From IMG/VR virus record IMGVR_UViG_3300034358_000044, positions 64,001 through 128,000 of that record: 64,000 nucleotides of DNA; one strand, given 5' to 3'. The position numbers and the translations under genes were made by a program. Position 1 is the stretch's first letter. The number at the start of each line of letters is the position of its first letter. The notes under the pieces were generated by a model. The model did not search any database and had not been told where the DNA came from. It worked only from the letters and a program-made list of their open reading frames with translations. This document shows positions 1 to 10,500 of the stretch, in pieces. The stretch comes from a virus.

Positions 1-234
1 CGGAACACCGATGCATATGGTAGTGGTGTTTCAGCCGACCTGGCCATTGCCATTGATAGGACCAAGTCGGAGCTACTTCGACTGCAGTCGCAGAACTCCA
101 GTATGCCTCTCAGTGAGAAGTTGTTGTCGGCGGAACTCACCTCGATGTCGTTTGACGCGACCACTACGACACTGAACGCGACGGTGAGCCTCAAGAACAT
201 GCTCGGTGAACAGGCCCAAGTCTCTGTAAGGTGA
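1..234 (+). CDS. Partial (C-terminal) gp25/GpW-like baseplate protein
   Basis: Open frame from base 1 to TGA 232-234 (...EKLLSAELTSMSFDATTTTLNATVSLKNMLGEQAQVSVR*), directly before the baseplate J-like gene. Confidence 0.5.
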   Translation, partial: RNTDAYGSGVSADLAIAIDRTKSELLRLQSQNSSMPLSEKLLSAELTSMSFDATTTTLNATVSLKNMLGEQAQVSVR

Positions 235-237
235 CGC

Positions 238-3200
238 ATGGCATCGACTGACCTCAAGACTTTCCTGGAGAACCGCCTCACGGTTCTGGATCCGTCCATC
301 GACCTGTCTGCAGGCTCGCCTGCCCAGGTGCAGTTCATCTCCCCAGTCATCTCCTACCTGGGGACGGACCCGATTGAGACGGACATCAAGACATTCATCC
401 TGGACAGGTTCCAGCAGGAGTTCCCGGAGGTCTTCTCCGGTGACCCTGGTGTGGTCAGCGATACCTTCATCAAGCCCACCATCCTGATGTTGGAGCCCTT
501 CAAGCGGGAGATTCAGTCCATCAAGAGGAACCAGTCCCTCAAGGACCCAACCCTCCTCTCCGATGATGACGCAGATGCCCTCGTTGCCAACTTCTTTGAC
601 GAACGGAGAGCAGGCGGGCTGTCGAGTGGTATAGCTCGTGTCTACTTCGCCAATCCGAGCAACGTCCAGGTGGAGCCGACGAGTCGGGTCTTCACGGCCA
701 GTGGGTTGAACTTCTTCCCAGTCTCTCCCAGTGCCATTTCGGCAGAGGAGATGGTCTTCAACAAGACCGGTGGTCTCTACTTCATGGACTTCATGGTCCA
801 GGCAGAGGCAACTGGGACGGAGTACAACATCTCCAAGAACTCCCTCACAGGAGTCCAGGGGATTTCAGGGGCCATCAAGGTCGACAATCCCAGGGACTTC
901 ACTGATGGGACTGCGTCTCTGAGCACCGAGACCTTCGTCGATCAGGCCAGGGGGTCGCTGACCGAACGTTCCCTGGTCACTCGTCGAGGCGCAACGGCCA
1001 TCCTCCGGGAGAACTTCCAGGGTATGGTTCGTGCCGTTCAGGTCATCGGTGCAGGGGATCCTGAGATGCAGCGGGACATCCTCTCTGCCACCTCCCCAGG
1101 CCACGCCTTCCTCACCGGCAAGGTCGGCATCTACAAGCAGATGGCCTACGTCCGCTGCCGGACGATGGACGTTGGGGATGCCTCCGAGCCCGTGGTTGCT
1201 CCTGGCGACCAGGTCTACCTCTACCTGAATCAGGGGCTCTACCCTCTCATTCCTCAGCAGAATCGCTTCGTGCGGCTCACCATTGCTGAGGTCATCCTGG
1301 GACCGCTCCAGCACGCCACCAGTCCTGAGTTCCAGGTCTCCTACCTGTTGAGGTACGTCGAGAGTCCCCCAGCCGCCTTGGTTGGCGGGGCGTACTTCGA
1401 GGGAGGCATCATCAAGAAGGGGACCGTGACCGTGTCCTCTCTTCCTGGGGCGCTCCTGTCTGACCCGGTGACGGTCAGATCTCAGAAGGTCCATCTGCTG
1501 GGGCACTCCGACGTCTACGTCCGACCAGTGTCTCAGACGGTCTCGACGGTGGTCGTCAACTCCCTCTCGGCAGACCCTGGAGACTCCAGCCTGCAGAGGT
1601 TCTCCCTCTCCACCTTTGCCTCAAATAGGGTGACTGACTCCATCAACTTCGATTCGGCAAAGGTGCGGCAAGGGGACTACCTCATCATCGAGTCAGGGGT
1701 CGATGTCGGGTCCTACACCATCAAGGCGGTCAACGGGTCTTCCCTCTACCTTGGGTCCAACCTCACTGCCACAGCTACTAACGTCAAGTACCGCATCATC
1801 AGCAACCTGACGTTCAACCCTTTCGCTCCCAGGGTGCTGAAGATTCCATTCGGTACGGTGCCCCACAACGACCTCCAAACGGTCATCGGGTCCAAGACGT
1901 TCACGCTCACGGCTCCTTCATCGGATCTCCTGAACTATGGAGTGAAGGTGGGAGACGTTCTCAAGCTTTCTTCTGCCATCGATCCGGACGAGTTCACCAT
2001 CACCGGGTTCATCGACGGACAGCATGTCTTGGTGGATCGAGCTGCAGCAGGATCCGAGTCCGGCATCAGCTACGAGATCTACACGCCCTTGGAAGCAGTA
2101 CAGCGGCCACTGGTCCGTATCAAGGAGCTGCAGGTCCTAGACTCTGCTAAGCAGGTCACCGGAGTCTCCATCCCTCCTTCTGAGCCTGTGGGGGTTGTTC
2201 CTGCCGGCAACTTCACCTCTGCCCAGGTCGTTGGCTTTGGACAGAAGGCCAGCGCCTTCATCCTTCCCGACCTGACTCCCTTCGTGGTTGCGCTACCCTC
2301 TGTGAGTCGCTCTTCCAGCCCTCCAGGACGGTACTCTGCTGCCTTTTTGAAGAGCATCGGTTTCTATGGTGCAGTGGTCTTCGAGGATGTGGGAGTCGAC
2401 GGTAGACCCTCGGACGAGTTCGACTACATCCCGTCCATGTTCGGGCAGTGCAGCTACGTCGTACTCACGGCCGAGGACACGACCGACGTCGAGAACTTCC
2501 CACCTGTGGATCCGAAACCAGGAGACGCCCTCACCCTGAAGAGTGGCCCCAACGCTGGGAACTACCTCATCAAGGACGTCATCAAGTTCCGCTACTGGGT
2601 AACTGGTGCTCAGGTCTGGGCGTACATCGTTCAAGTCTACGGTTCCTTCCGAGTCGATGTCCTCGGACAGCTCACTGCCTTCCTGAATGACACAGAAGGG
2701 CTGTTCCCTGGTACTGGGTGCGCCGTGCCCAAGTTGGACATCATGACAGCCGATGTGACTGTACCGTCCTACCTGCAGACCACGTTGTACTCGACGATGG
2801 GGACGAAGCTGCGCCTGGCACTCGCTGCCTACGGGGTGTCCCCGCTGTCCCTGCCCTCGGCTGCAGAACTTCAGACTGCCATCGACTCAATGTTCCTGCT
2901 CCGGTACGAGTACGGAACTCCGGCGCGTGGAGTCCTCCGTACGTTCTTCTCGCACCCAACACTCTTTCAGCAGAACACCTCTGCGAACCTGAACCCGACA
3001 ACCTACTCCTTCAAGACTCCTGCAGGAGATCTTCTCAAGTTCAGAACGGATCCGTCTCGGTACTCCAAGCACGAGATGGTTCCTCCGAGGTTGGAGAGCG
3101 ACTCCGACCCGCTCCTCTACCCGCGAGATGGGGAGCAGTTCTACCTCATTCACTACTCTGCAAACACCGTCCCCTTCACGGTGGGAGCAACCCTCATTGG

Positions 3201-4899
3201 ACCTACTACTACAGCCACCATAGTGGCAGACAGCCGAGAGGGCACTACGGGAGTACTGACCGTGAGGAGCCTTACTGGCTCGACCTCCATGGGGGTTTCC
3301 ATCACGGATGATTCAGGGACCGGAGCTTCTGCCATCTTGGTGGGGCTTGAGAGGGGCGTCACGTTCTCCAGCTCTTCTCGTGAGTCGATGTTCAACCTGG
3401 GTATCCGCCCTGGGGACGTGTTCGGAGTCCACGAAGAGTTCAAGCTGCATGGGAGCTATGGGACAGCGGGCACTGGGCACAAGAACTACATGTCCTCGGT
3501 GCAGACGGTCTTCAACTCGACCCAGGTCACCTTTCCGAATAGCCCCAGTCCCTTCGTCCCGGACATGGTTGGTGGGATGCTCTTCATCGAGGAGGGAAAG
3601 GACAAGGGTGGCTACCGTATCGTCAAGGTCATCGATGGGAAGAATCTGGTCCTAGATGCTCCCATGACGGAGTCGACTCCTACGGCCATCCTGAGCGGCT
3701 CCATTGTGTCGTACGGGTACACTTTGTCGCAGAATCGAGTCACGAGTCTGACTCCGGTTTTCACTCCTGCGCATGTGAACAAGTACCTGACTATGTACGG
3801 AGTCGATTTGGAGTTCCAGGGTTCGTACAGAATCAAGAGTGTGCCAGCCCCCAACATTGTCGAGCTCGATCGCTCTGCGTTTTCCGACTTCCCCAGCACC
3901 GCAGTACCCAATGGGTTGTGGGTCATCACCGATGCTCCAAGTGCTGAGCCAAAGAAGCTTGGTAGTCCCGCCACGGGGACGGAGCTCGTAGCGACGCGCC
4001 CCATTCGCATCTACAGGAACTTCGAGACTGAGATGCACATCACGCTGGTGGATCCAAGCCCAGATGTCTCTACCATCGGACTGGGGGTCGGAGCTTTGGG
4101 CTACGGGGTGAAGGAACCCTTCCGCATCTTCCGACCGGATGTTCGAAGGGTGAACCCCTACGAGATGTCCCTGAGTCAGATGAACGGTCTCTACTACTTC
4201 GATTCTGAAGTGGTGTCGTTGGGGCCCAACCCGTCGAACAACCTCAGCACCAACAGCTATCTCACGGTGGATGAAGGGACCTACGAGTCGGACGGCTACC
4301 ACCACCTGGTCGATGACTACACGTTGACCTACTCGACCCAGGAGACTGGAAAGCTCTTCATCCCGAGCTCCATTCTTCCACTGAGCAGCCCGGATAGTCT
4401 GGACAATCGGCTTTCCTTGGTGGGCGTCCCCCTGCAGATCTCCTACGAACGGGGAGACGTGGTTCAGCAGGTCCAGGACTTCCTGTCTTCCCCAGAGGAC
4501 AGAACGACGACGGCCAACATGCTGGCCCGACACTTCCTCCCGTCCTACGTCTACTACTCCGCCGACTACATCGGAGGGTCAGACGCTGGAGTCATCGCCA
4601 AGGACATCATCAGCCACATCGACAACCTGGCTGTCGAGACTGCCATAGACGTCTCCGTCGTGCAGAAGCTCATCGAGAACAGGGGAGGCAACGTCGAGAC
4701 TCCCACGGCCATTGCCATCCTCCTGCACGACTGGGACAGAAGGCAGTGGGTCGAGTTCAGTGAGAACCGGATTGGAGGGACAGTAACTTTGGTCCCCTAC
4801 AACGGAACTCCCAGGGTGTCGTACTTCGTTCCAGGACCGGATGTCTCGGGGCAGTCGCCCATTCCTGATGGGGAGCGTACGTACCTCAATCGCCTATAG
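238..4899 (+). CDS. Large baseplate wedge (J/gp6-like) protein, 1553 aa
   Basis: N-terminal baseplate-J-like segment (GIARVYFANP...VDNPRDFTDG...RSLVTRRG...VRAVQVIGAGDPEMQRD) followed by beta-rich repeats; position in structural operon. Confidence 0.65.
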   Translation: MASTDLKTFLENRLTVLDPSIDLSAGSPAQVQFISPVISYLGTDPIETDIKTFILDRFQQEFPEVFSGDPGVVSDTFIKPTILMLEPFKREIQSIKRNQSLKDPTLLSDDDADALVANFFDERRAGGLSSGIARVYFANPSNVQVEPTSRVFTASGLNFFPVSPSAISAEEMVFNKTGGLYFMDFMVQAEATGTEYNISKNSLTGVQGISGAIKVDNPRDFTDGTASLSTETFVDQARGSLTERSLVTRRGATAILRENFQGMVRAVQVIGAGDPEMQRDILSATSPGHAFLTGKVGIYKQMAYVRCRTMDVGDASEPVVAPGDQVYLYLNQGLYPLIPQQNRFVRLTIAEVILGPLQHATSPEFQVSYLLRYVESPPAALVGGAYFEGGIIKKGTVTVSSLPGALLSDPVTVRSQKVHLLGHSDVYVRPVSQTVSTVVVNSLSADPGDSSLQRFSLSTFASNRVTDSINFDSAKVRQGDYLIIESGVDVGSYTIKAVNGSSLYLGSNLTATATNVKYRIISNLTFNPFAPRVLKIPFGTVPHNDLQTVIGSKTFTLTAPSSDLLNYGVKVGDVLKLSSAIDPDEFTITGFIDGQHVLVDRAAAGSESGISYEIYTPLEAVQRPLVRIKELQVLDSAKQVTGVSIPPSEPVGVVPAGNFTSAQVVGFGQKASAFILPDLTPFVVALPSVSRSSSPPGRYSAAFLKSIGFYGAVVFEDVGVDGRPSDEFDYIPSMFGQCSYVVLTAEDTTDVENFPPVDPKPGDALTLKSGPNAGNYLIKDVIKFRYWVTGAQVWAYIVQVYGSFRVDVLGQLTAFLNDTEGLFPGTGCAVPKLDIMTADVTVPSYLQTTLYSTMGTKLRLALAAYGVSPLSLPSAAELQTAIDSMFLLRYEYGTPARGVLRTFFSHPTLFQQNTSANLNPTTYSFKTPAGDLLKFRTDPSRYSKHEMVPPRLESDSDPLLYPRDGEQFYLIHYSANTVPFTVGATLIGPTTTATIVADSREGTTGVLTVRSLTGSTSMGVSITDDSGTGASAILVGLERGVTFSSSSRESMFNLGIRPGDVFGVHEEFKLHGSYGTAGTGHKNYMSSVQTVFNSTQVTFPNSPSPFVPDMVGGMLFIEEGKDKGGYRIVKVIDGKNLVLDAPMTESTPTAILSGSIVSYGYTLSQNRVTSLTPVFTPAHVNKYLTMYGVDLEFQGSYRIKSVPAPNIVELDRSAFSDFPSTAVPNGLWVITDAPSAEPKKLGSPATGTELVATRPIRIYRNFETEMHITLVDPSPDVSTIGLGVGALGYGVKEPFRIFRPDVRRVNPYEMSLSQMNGLYYFDSEVVSLGPNPSNNLSTNSYLTVDEGTYESDGYHHLVDDYTLTYSTQETGKLFIPSSILPLSSPDSLDNRLSLVGVPLQISYERGDVVQQVQDFLSSPEDRTTTANMLARHFLPSYVYYSADYIGGSDAGVIAKDIISHIDNLAVETAIDVSVVQKLIENRGGNVETPTAIAILLHDWDRRQWVEFSENRIGGTVTLVPYNGTPRVSYFVPGPDVSGQSPIPDGERTYLNRL

Positions 4900-5170
4900 G
4901 CAGCTTCGGCATCGAGACGATTATTCTGGAGTTGGGGTCGAACTCTGTCTCACATTGAGAACAACGAAGAAGCATATTCGGTAGTGGTGATCCGCGACTG
5001 AATGGATTCTTCGGATTCACAAACTGAGAATTGGCGTAGGAGCCGCAAGAAGGGCAGGCACTGTTCCTGAAAAACGCCTGCTCTTTTTTGACAAGGGGAG
5101 TAAGGATGTCTTCCTGGCCCTCCAGGAGCTTCCAAATTTCATCTTGGGTCAATGGCTTTCGTTGAGTCAT
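4886..5170 (-). CDS. Small zinc-ribbon protein
   Basis: CPSCGS...CSQCET motifs; fills the gap between two + strand structural genes. Confidence 0.6.
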   Translation of the reverse strand: MTQRKPLTQDEIWKLLEGQEDILTPLVKKEQAFFRNSACPSCGSYANSQFVNPKNPFSRGSPLPNMLLRCSQCETEFDPNSRIIVSMPKLPIGD

Positions 5171-5202
5171 ACTCACGCTGTCTCTCAGGGGAGGTACACG
5201 AG

Positions 5203-7581
5203 ATGGGCCTACGGCTTGTGAACATGTTTCCGAGAACGCCCTCGGACTACGTCAAGCCTGGGCAACCCCTCCTGCTCGGATTGCGGTCGGATGGCATAGC
5301 GGCGTCACCTGCAGGAAGTGTAGTGCTCGGCACCTTTCAGGCTGCCATGGGGTATACCTCCGTTCAAAACGGCGGGCTACTCCCAGAGAGCAGTATCGTG
5401 CTTCCCAAGATAGGGGCTTCAGTCTCTCTTGATTCGGCAGAGCGTGTGAGGCCTGCTGGTCCTGAGATTCTCAGGATTCCATTCGGAACCGGAATCAAGC
5501 TGACTACCACTGGGACCGTCAATCCGACAGGCGTCTACGCCGTTCAGGTGCCGATCGATCCAGCAGCCTCTGTCATGGGCTACTTCAAGTTCAAGACGAA
5601 CTCGACGTGGACCCTAGGTACGCATGACTGGTGCGACCTCTTCAACATGACGGGTATCTACCTGGGTGTGGAGTACGGTCCTGCCAACACCATGTGCTGG
5701 GCCTCTCTTCGTGGAAGCCCTGCTGGGGTAGGGTCTCTTGTCGTTGGTGGCCCACTGCAGACCTTCGGGTCCCCAAGGCCTGGGCAGCGTCAGATTCCTT
5801 TTACGTGGGGCTCACTTCCCAACGGCTCTGTGGTGGAGGTGTGGATCGTCTTCAACCTTGCTGGGTACGCAGCACCATTCACCCCGGCCAATGTTCCAGT
5901 GGTGGAGGTGTGGACCAAGGCACCTATGGACTCTGTCCCAGTGCTACGTACTTCTGCCTCTCCTCTCCTTCTCAGTGCGCTCGGTACCTTTCCATCTTCT
6001 TCGTCTCATTTCGACAACTCCCGACCAGGAGCTTCTGACCAAGCCACGCTGTACTTTGGAAACGCGAGTCCTGGGAGCGACTCGTTCGAGCTCCTCGACT
6101 GGGCTCTCTTTCCCGACTACCGGGTAGCCGTAAGGAACGGGGAGGCCTTCGGTCCGACCAAGCTCACCATTCGTTCCGACAGCCCCTACCTCTACAAGTG
6201 CGCAGATGGGAGGCCGACGAAGCTTGCTCCAGGGCGGTGGTTCTTTCTCCCTGGAGATGGCTTCCATCCACCGATTGACTACCTCTACTACGCTCCTACG
6301 AAAGCCACCCCATCGTACCTCGTCGTGGAGAAGAGCTTTGGAAGTGGCGCTGGATACTACCGGGAAGAGCCGCGCCTTTTCCGAATGGAAGACGGTGCAG
6401 TCATAGAGGCCTTTCTGTCGGTCGAGTCCATCGCCAAGGTGGCTGATTCGGTAGGAGCAGGCATCTCCATTGATGACGGCCACCGTCTCTTCCAGCTCGC
6501 ATTCCTAGAGACGGACTCTCGACGTACACTGGGCCTCTTCAATGGGGTACCTGGTGGGAGTCTGGTCGATGGATACTTCACTCCATCAGCAGGAGACGAC
6601 CAGTTCTTGGACTGGAGAAGTCTCAAGCTTGTGCGTCTCGTCGTGGACAGGCTGCGTGGGAGAGTCTCCTTGTTCGTGGACGGGGTGCGGTACCTCGATC
6701 GCCCACTGACGGACTTCCCTGGGTCCACCTCCAACGCTGGCAGGATGTCCTTTGGGCATCTGGAGTCCTCCGCATCACAGGCGAAGCTCAACGTCTCCTT
6801 CCTGAGCTACCTCACCAGGTACGTCGCCTGGGAGCTCGATGAGCACCTTCTTCCAGAGGCTGCTCCTGCAGCCATGACCTGGCGCGTTTTCGGTGCTGCT
6901 ACGAAGGCGCTGAGCCCGGACTTCTCCAGTCTCCTCATCACCAAGCCGGATGTCGGCACCATCGGTTCGAGAGGGTTCTACTCGAAGCTGGTGCCCACCT
7001 TTGATGAGCGTCACGGTCTCCAGCTCGACTTCAAGATGAAGGTGGTGGGGTACGCCGACTCGCACGGGACTGCCTTCGCCAAGATGACCTGGGTTGGGAC
7101 AGGAGTTCAAATCTACCTCGGGAACAAGGTTCTTCACCTTGGGTGCTTCGACTGCGGCTCCAGTGGGCGAGTCGTTGGAATCGTGCCTGGGTCTGGGTCG
7201 ACCGAGGACATCATCAACCAGACTCCTCTGGGTCGTGCGTTTTCATCGCAGGTGGACTGGACCGAAGCTACCCTTTTTCGAGTGAGCTACCGGCCCTACG
7301 ACAGAGTCGAAGTATGGGTCGACAACATTCCCTCTGGTCCCGTCATCTCGATTCCCTGGTTGAATGACACAGACGGATTCGATCTACCGCAGGACACGAC
7401 ACCGCCTTCTGTAGCCTTTGGGCACTTCGATGGGGCGACCTCCAGCGTCTCTGCGTGGGAGTTCTTCCGCTACGGAGTAGGGAATGGCTATGAGGTCGCC
7501 ATTGAGCCGCTGTTCCCAGATGGTCTGAAGGAGTACTTCTTCGGTGGGCGCACTCTCCTTCATACGGAGTTCGACGAGTGA
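5203..7581 (+). CDS. Virion structural protein with beta-sandwich/lectin-like domains
   Basis: Long ORF in structural operon; ATG 5203 preceded by GGGGAGG (track start 5152). Confidence 0.6.
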   Translation: MGLRLVNMFPRTPSDYVKPGQPLLLGLRSDGIAASPAGSVVLGTFQAAMGYTSVQNGGLLPESSIVLPKIGASVSLDSAERVRPAGPEILRIPFGTGIKLTTTGTVNPTGVYAVQVPIDPAASVMGYFKFKTNSTWTLGTHDWCDLFNMTGIYLGVEYGPANTMCWASLRGSPAGVGSLVVGGPLQTFGSPRPGQRQIPFTWGSLPNGSVVEVWIVFNLAGYAAPFTPANVPVVEVWTKAPMDSVPVLRTSASPLLLSALGTFPSSSSHFDNSRPGASDQATLYFGNASPGSDSFELLDWALFPDYRVAVRNGEAFGPTKLTIRSDSPYLYKCADGRPTKLAPGRWFFLPGDGFHPPIDYLYYAPTKATPSYLVVEKSFGSGAGYYREEPRLFRMEDGAVIEAFLSVESIAKVADSVGAGISIDDGHRLFQLAFLETDSRRTLGLFNGVPGGSLVDGYFTPSAGDDQFLDWRSLKLVRLVVDRLRGRVSLFVDGVRYLDRPLTDFPGSTSNAGRMSFGHLESSASQAKLNVSFLSYLTRYVAWELDEHLLPEAAPAAMTWRVFGAATKALSPDFSSLLITKPDVGTIGSRGFYSKLVPTFDERHGLQLDFKMKVVGYADSHGTAFAKMTWVGTGVQIYLGNKVLHLGCFDCGSSGRVVGIVPGSGSTEDIINQTPLGRAFSSQVDWTEATLFRVSYRPYDRVEVWVDNIPSGPVISIPWLNDTDGFDLPQDTTPPSVAFGHFDGATSSVSAWEFFRYGVGNGYEVAIEPLFPDGLKEYFFGGRTLLHTEFDE

Positions 7582-10500
7582 TGCTGGCCTTCATCAACGG
7601 GTCTACCGTCTTCGAGCGCAAGGTTCCCATCGCTGTTCCGATGGCCGACCCTGCATACGGAGTGATTGGCTCCGTCATTCGGCTGAATGGGCAGTCCAGT
7701 GTTGACCCTGAGCCGGTGGAGGGAAGAAGCGGGTCAGATGGAGTCACCACCGCCACTACCGGCAACACCATCAGTGCTCTCTCTGGGGCCTTCAGTGGGG
7801 TGGACTACGGTCGAATCATTCGCATCGATGGGGCAGACCGTGGTTCTTACCTCATCTCTGGAATCCTCTCTGACTCTGAAGTAGTTGTGACACGCCCGGA
7901 TGGTGGAGGAGTCAACCTAGGTAGCAGCTCCTCCTTGTCCTGGAGCATCGATGATTTCTTCACCTACTCGTGGCGTTTCATCTCCGTCCCCATTGGGTCG
8001 AGGGTCGTCATCGAGGGTTTCCGACCCCTGTACCCTGACCTCTCCTTGGTCTCTTTCTCTCCTGATGTCGTGGGGGAGTACGTTGTAGGGCTGACGGTTT
8101 CGAACGCAGTCCACAGCAGCGTCGAGGTTACGACGAGAGTCAGCATCAGGGCCATCTTGGTCCCTCATGGGCGAGGCCTCGTCCCGGATGGCAAGTTCAT
8201 CTGGAGCTACATTCGTGACGTCTGGCAGGAGGTGGCCAACAAGGAGGTCTTCGAGACATTCTGGTCCGCCCTCATCCAGATTTGTGGAGCCGAGCTCCTC
8301 AAGCTCTACCAGGCGGACTTCAACAAGAGCATCAGGGACATCCAGGAGCTCTACCAGCGTCGCTGGCTCTCGTACGAGCCCAAGCTGAACTTGGTGGAGG
8401 CGGACTGCACCTTCTACCTGGGGAACTCTGCTGCAGGCTCTGGAGGAACCTCCAAGCCCCTTGCCCTGAGTGGGCAGGCCGTTGTCGCCTCCAGTGGTGA
8501 GGTGATTGTCGTATCCGGCTCCGTGCTACCAGACGTCTACGGAGCCACTTTCCGCATCGTCATGGACGTGATGGCTCCTGGCAACGTAGGGTCTTACCCT
8601 CTTCAAGGGGCCAACCTTTCGAAGACGGGGTACCTTCTCGCGCTTGATCCTCCTTCAGTCCCAGGGCCAAACCCTCTCCCAGGTAAGGTAGTCAGCGGTC
8701 TTCAGTTCGTCTTCGATGCTCACTCCACATCGTGGACGATGGGTACTGAAGAGGCTGATGGGGGCAGCTACACCTTGGGAATTGTAGAAGGGACCACGCC
8801 TCTCGACTGGCTCACGGAGATCTACTCAGGTAGTGGGGGTGGGTCTGTCATTCCCGTCTATGTCGGGGACGTGATTTACTACCCATCTGGACTGAACGCC
8901 GGCTACTACCGCGTTGTCGAGAAGAGTGGATCCTACGTTGTTGTGGATCATGCCTCCACGGTAGCATCCGAAGTGGGTGTCATGGCGGACGTCTACCGCC
9001 CTGTGGAGTATGAGCTTCTTCCAGCGGAAGCCCTTCCAGAGACAGTCTCCAGCTTCGCCCTGCCATACGAGGGCAACGAGGTGGTGACGCCTCTGGCTTC
9101 TGGGAGAGTCATCACCGTGGGAGGGCGCGCCTACCCAGTCCTGCGCGTCTTCATGGATGAGACGCAGGGTGTCTCGATGGTAGTCGTGGTGACGGATGGT
9201 GGCGCCCTTCTGGTCGGCCAGGTAGGAATGCCGTGGAGGGTGGCCAACACGTTGGAGTCCTCCTCCCAGAACTTCGAAGAGCTCGGAGTCTCGCCAGGAG
9301 ATCGAATTGAGTTCGACGTCACCAACGACAACGCGAACCTCATCTCCAGTGTTCCTGGGCAGGTAGTAGGAGTCGTAGGGAAGAGACTCAGCTTCGTTCT
9401 GACGATAGCTCCACTCACAGATGGGGTTGTTCCTGCTATTCCCAAGGAGACCTACCAGAAGCTGGCCTCCGACTTCGTGGTATCGGGCGTCTCCGAGCTC
9501 CAGGATGGAACTCTCAAGTTCTCTGGGGCTGCAGCGGCAGTACTGGACACCATTGGCTCGGAGCTGTTTCACCGAAGCTACTGGAACACGCCTCTTACTT
9601 CTACGACCGACTTCAAGATCCTGAACGGGGTCTTCCACGTCCACCCGAAGTTCATCATCAGGAATTCAAGAGTCCCGGTCGATGACTCCTTGCGGTCCGT
9701 TCCGGTTCTCCAGGATTGGGTCGTTCAGCCAACTACTACAACCCGTGCTGGCAAGACGTACCAGTTGAAGAACGAGAAGGAGTACTTGCTGAGTACTCCT
9801 CCAGTCTCCCTCATCGAGAACTCTGACTTCCTCGTTGATGGAGAGCTCGCCTTCTCTGGGTCTATGACCTTCGACTCTGGGACCGATTTGATGTTGGTGG
9901 AGACGGGGCACTTCCTTAACCGTGGGGTCCAAGCTGGAGACACGGTCGAGATCGCAAGCCCTGCGTCTCTTGCCGGCTCCTACACCGTCCTGTCCGTTCT
10001 CTCGAACTTCCTGCTCAAGTTGAATAGGCCAATCCCGAAGTATGTGATCAGCACCCAGGTGACCGCTCGCCTTGTGATTCGACGGCGTACAGGCGGTAGG
10101 TATATCCGCTTCATTCCAGGGGAGTTCACTGCGGCAGCACCTGCCCCCAACCGACTCTGGGCCGAGGTGAGCCTCTTCGACAACAGGCCCTCCATCGAGG
10201 ACAACTTCGGAATCCTGGTAGGGTTGACGCAGTCTGACCTCGAAGCAGTCTCGACGAACATCAACTACCGACAAGCCGTGGCCGGGCTGATGTTCGCCTA
10301 CACCCGTGGGTCTGCCATCAGCAAGATTCGCCTGGGAGCTCAGATTCTCCTGGGGCTCCCCTTCGCTGAACACCGTGGCATCATCAGGTCCATCGAGGGG
10401 GACTACCGACTGGACGATGAAGGAACTCCAACGCTGGGCCGTCTCCTCATTGAGGATACCGACCAAGCGGGCAAGGCTCTGGGAACCATGAGGGTCTACA

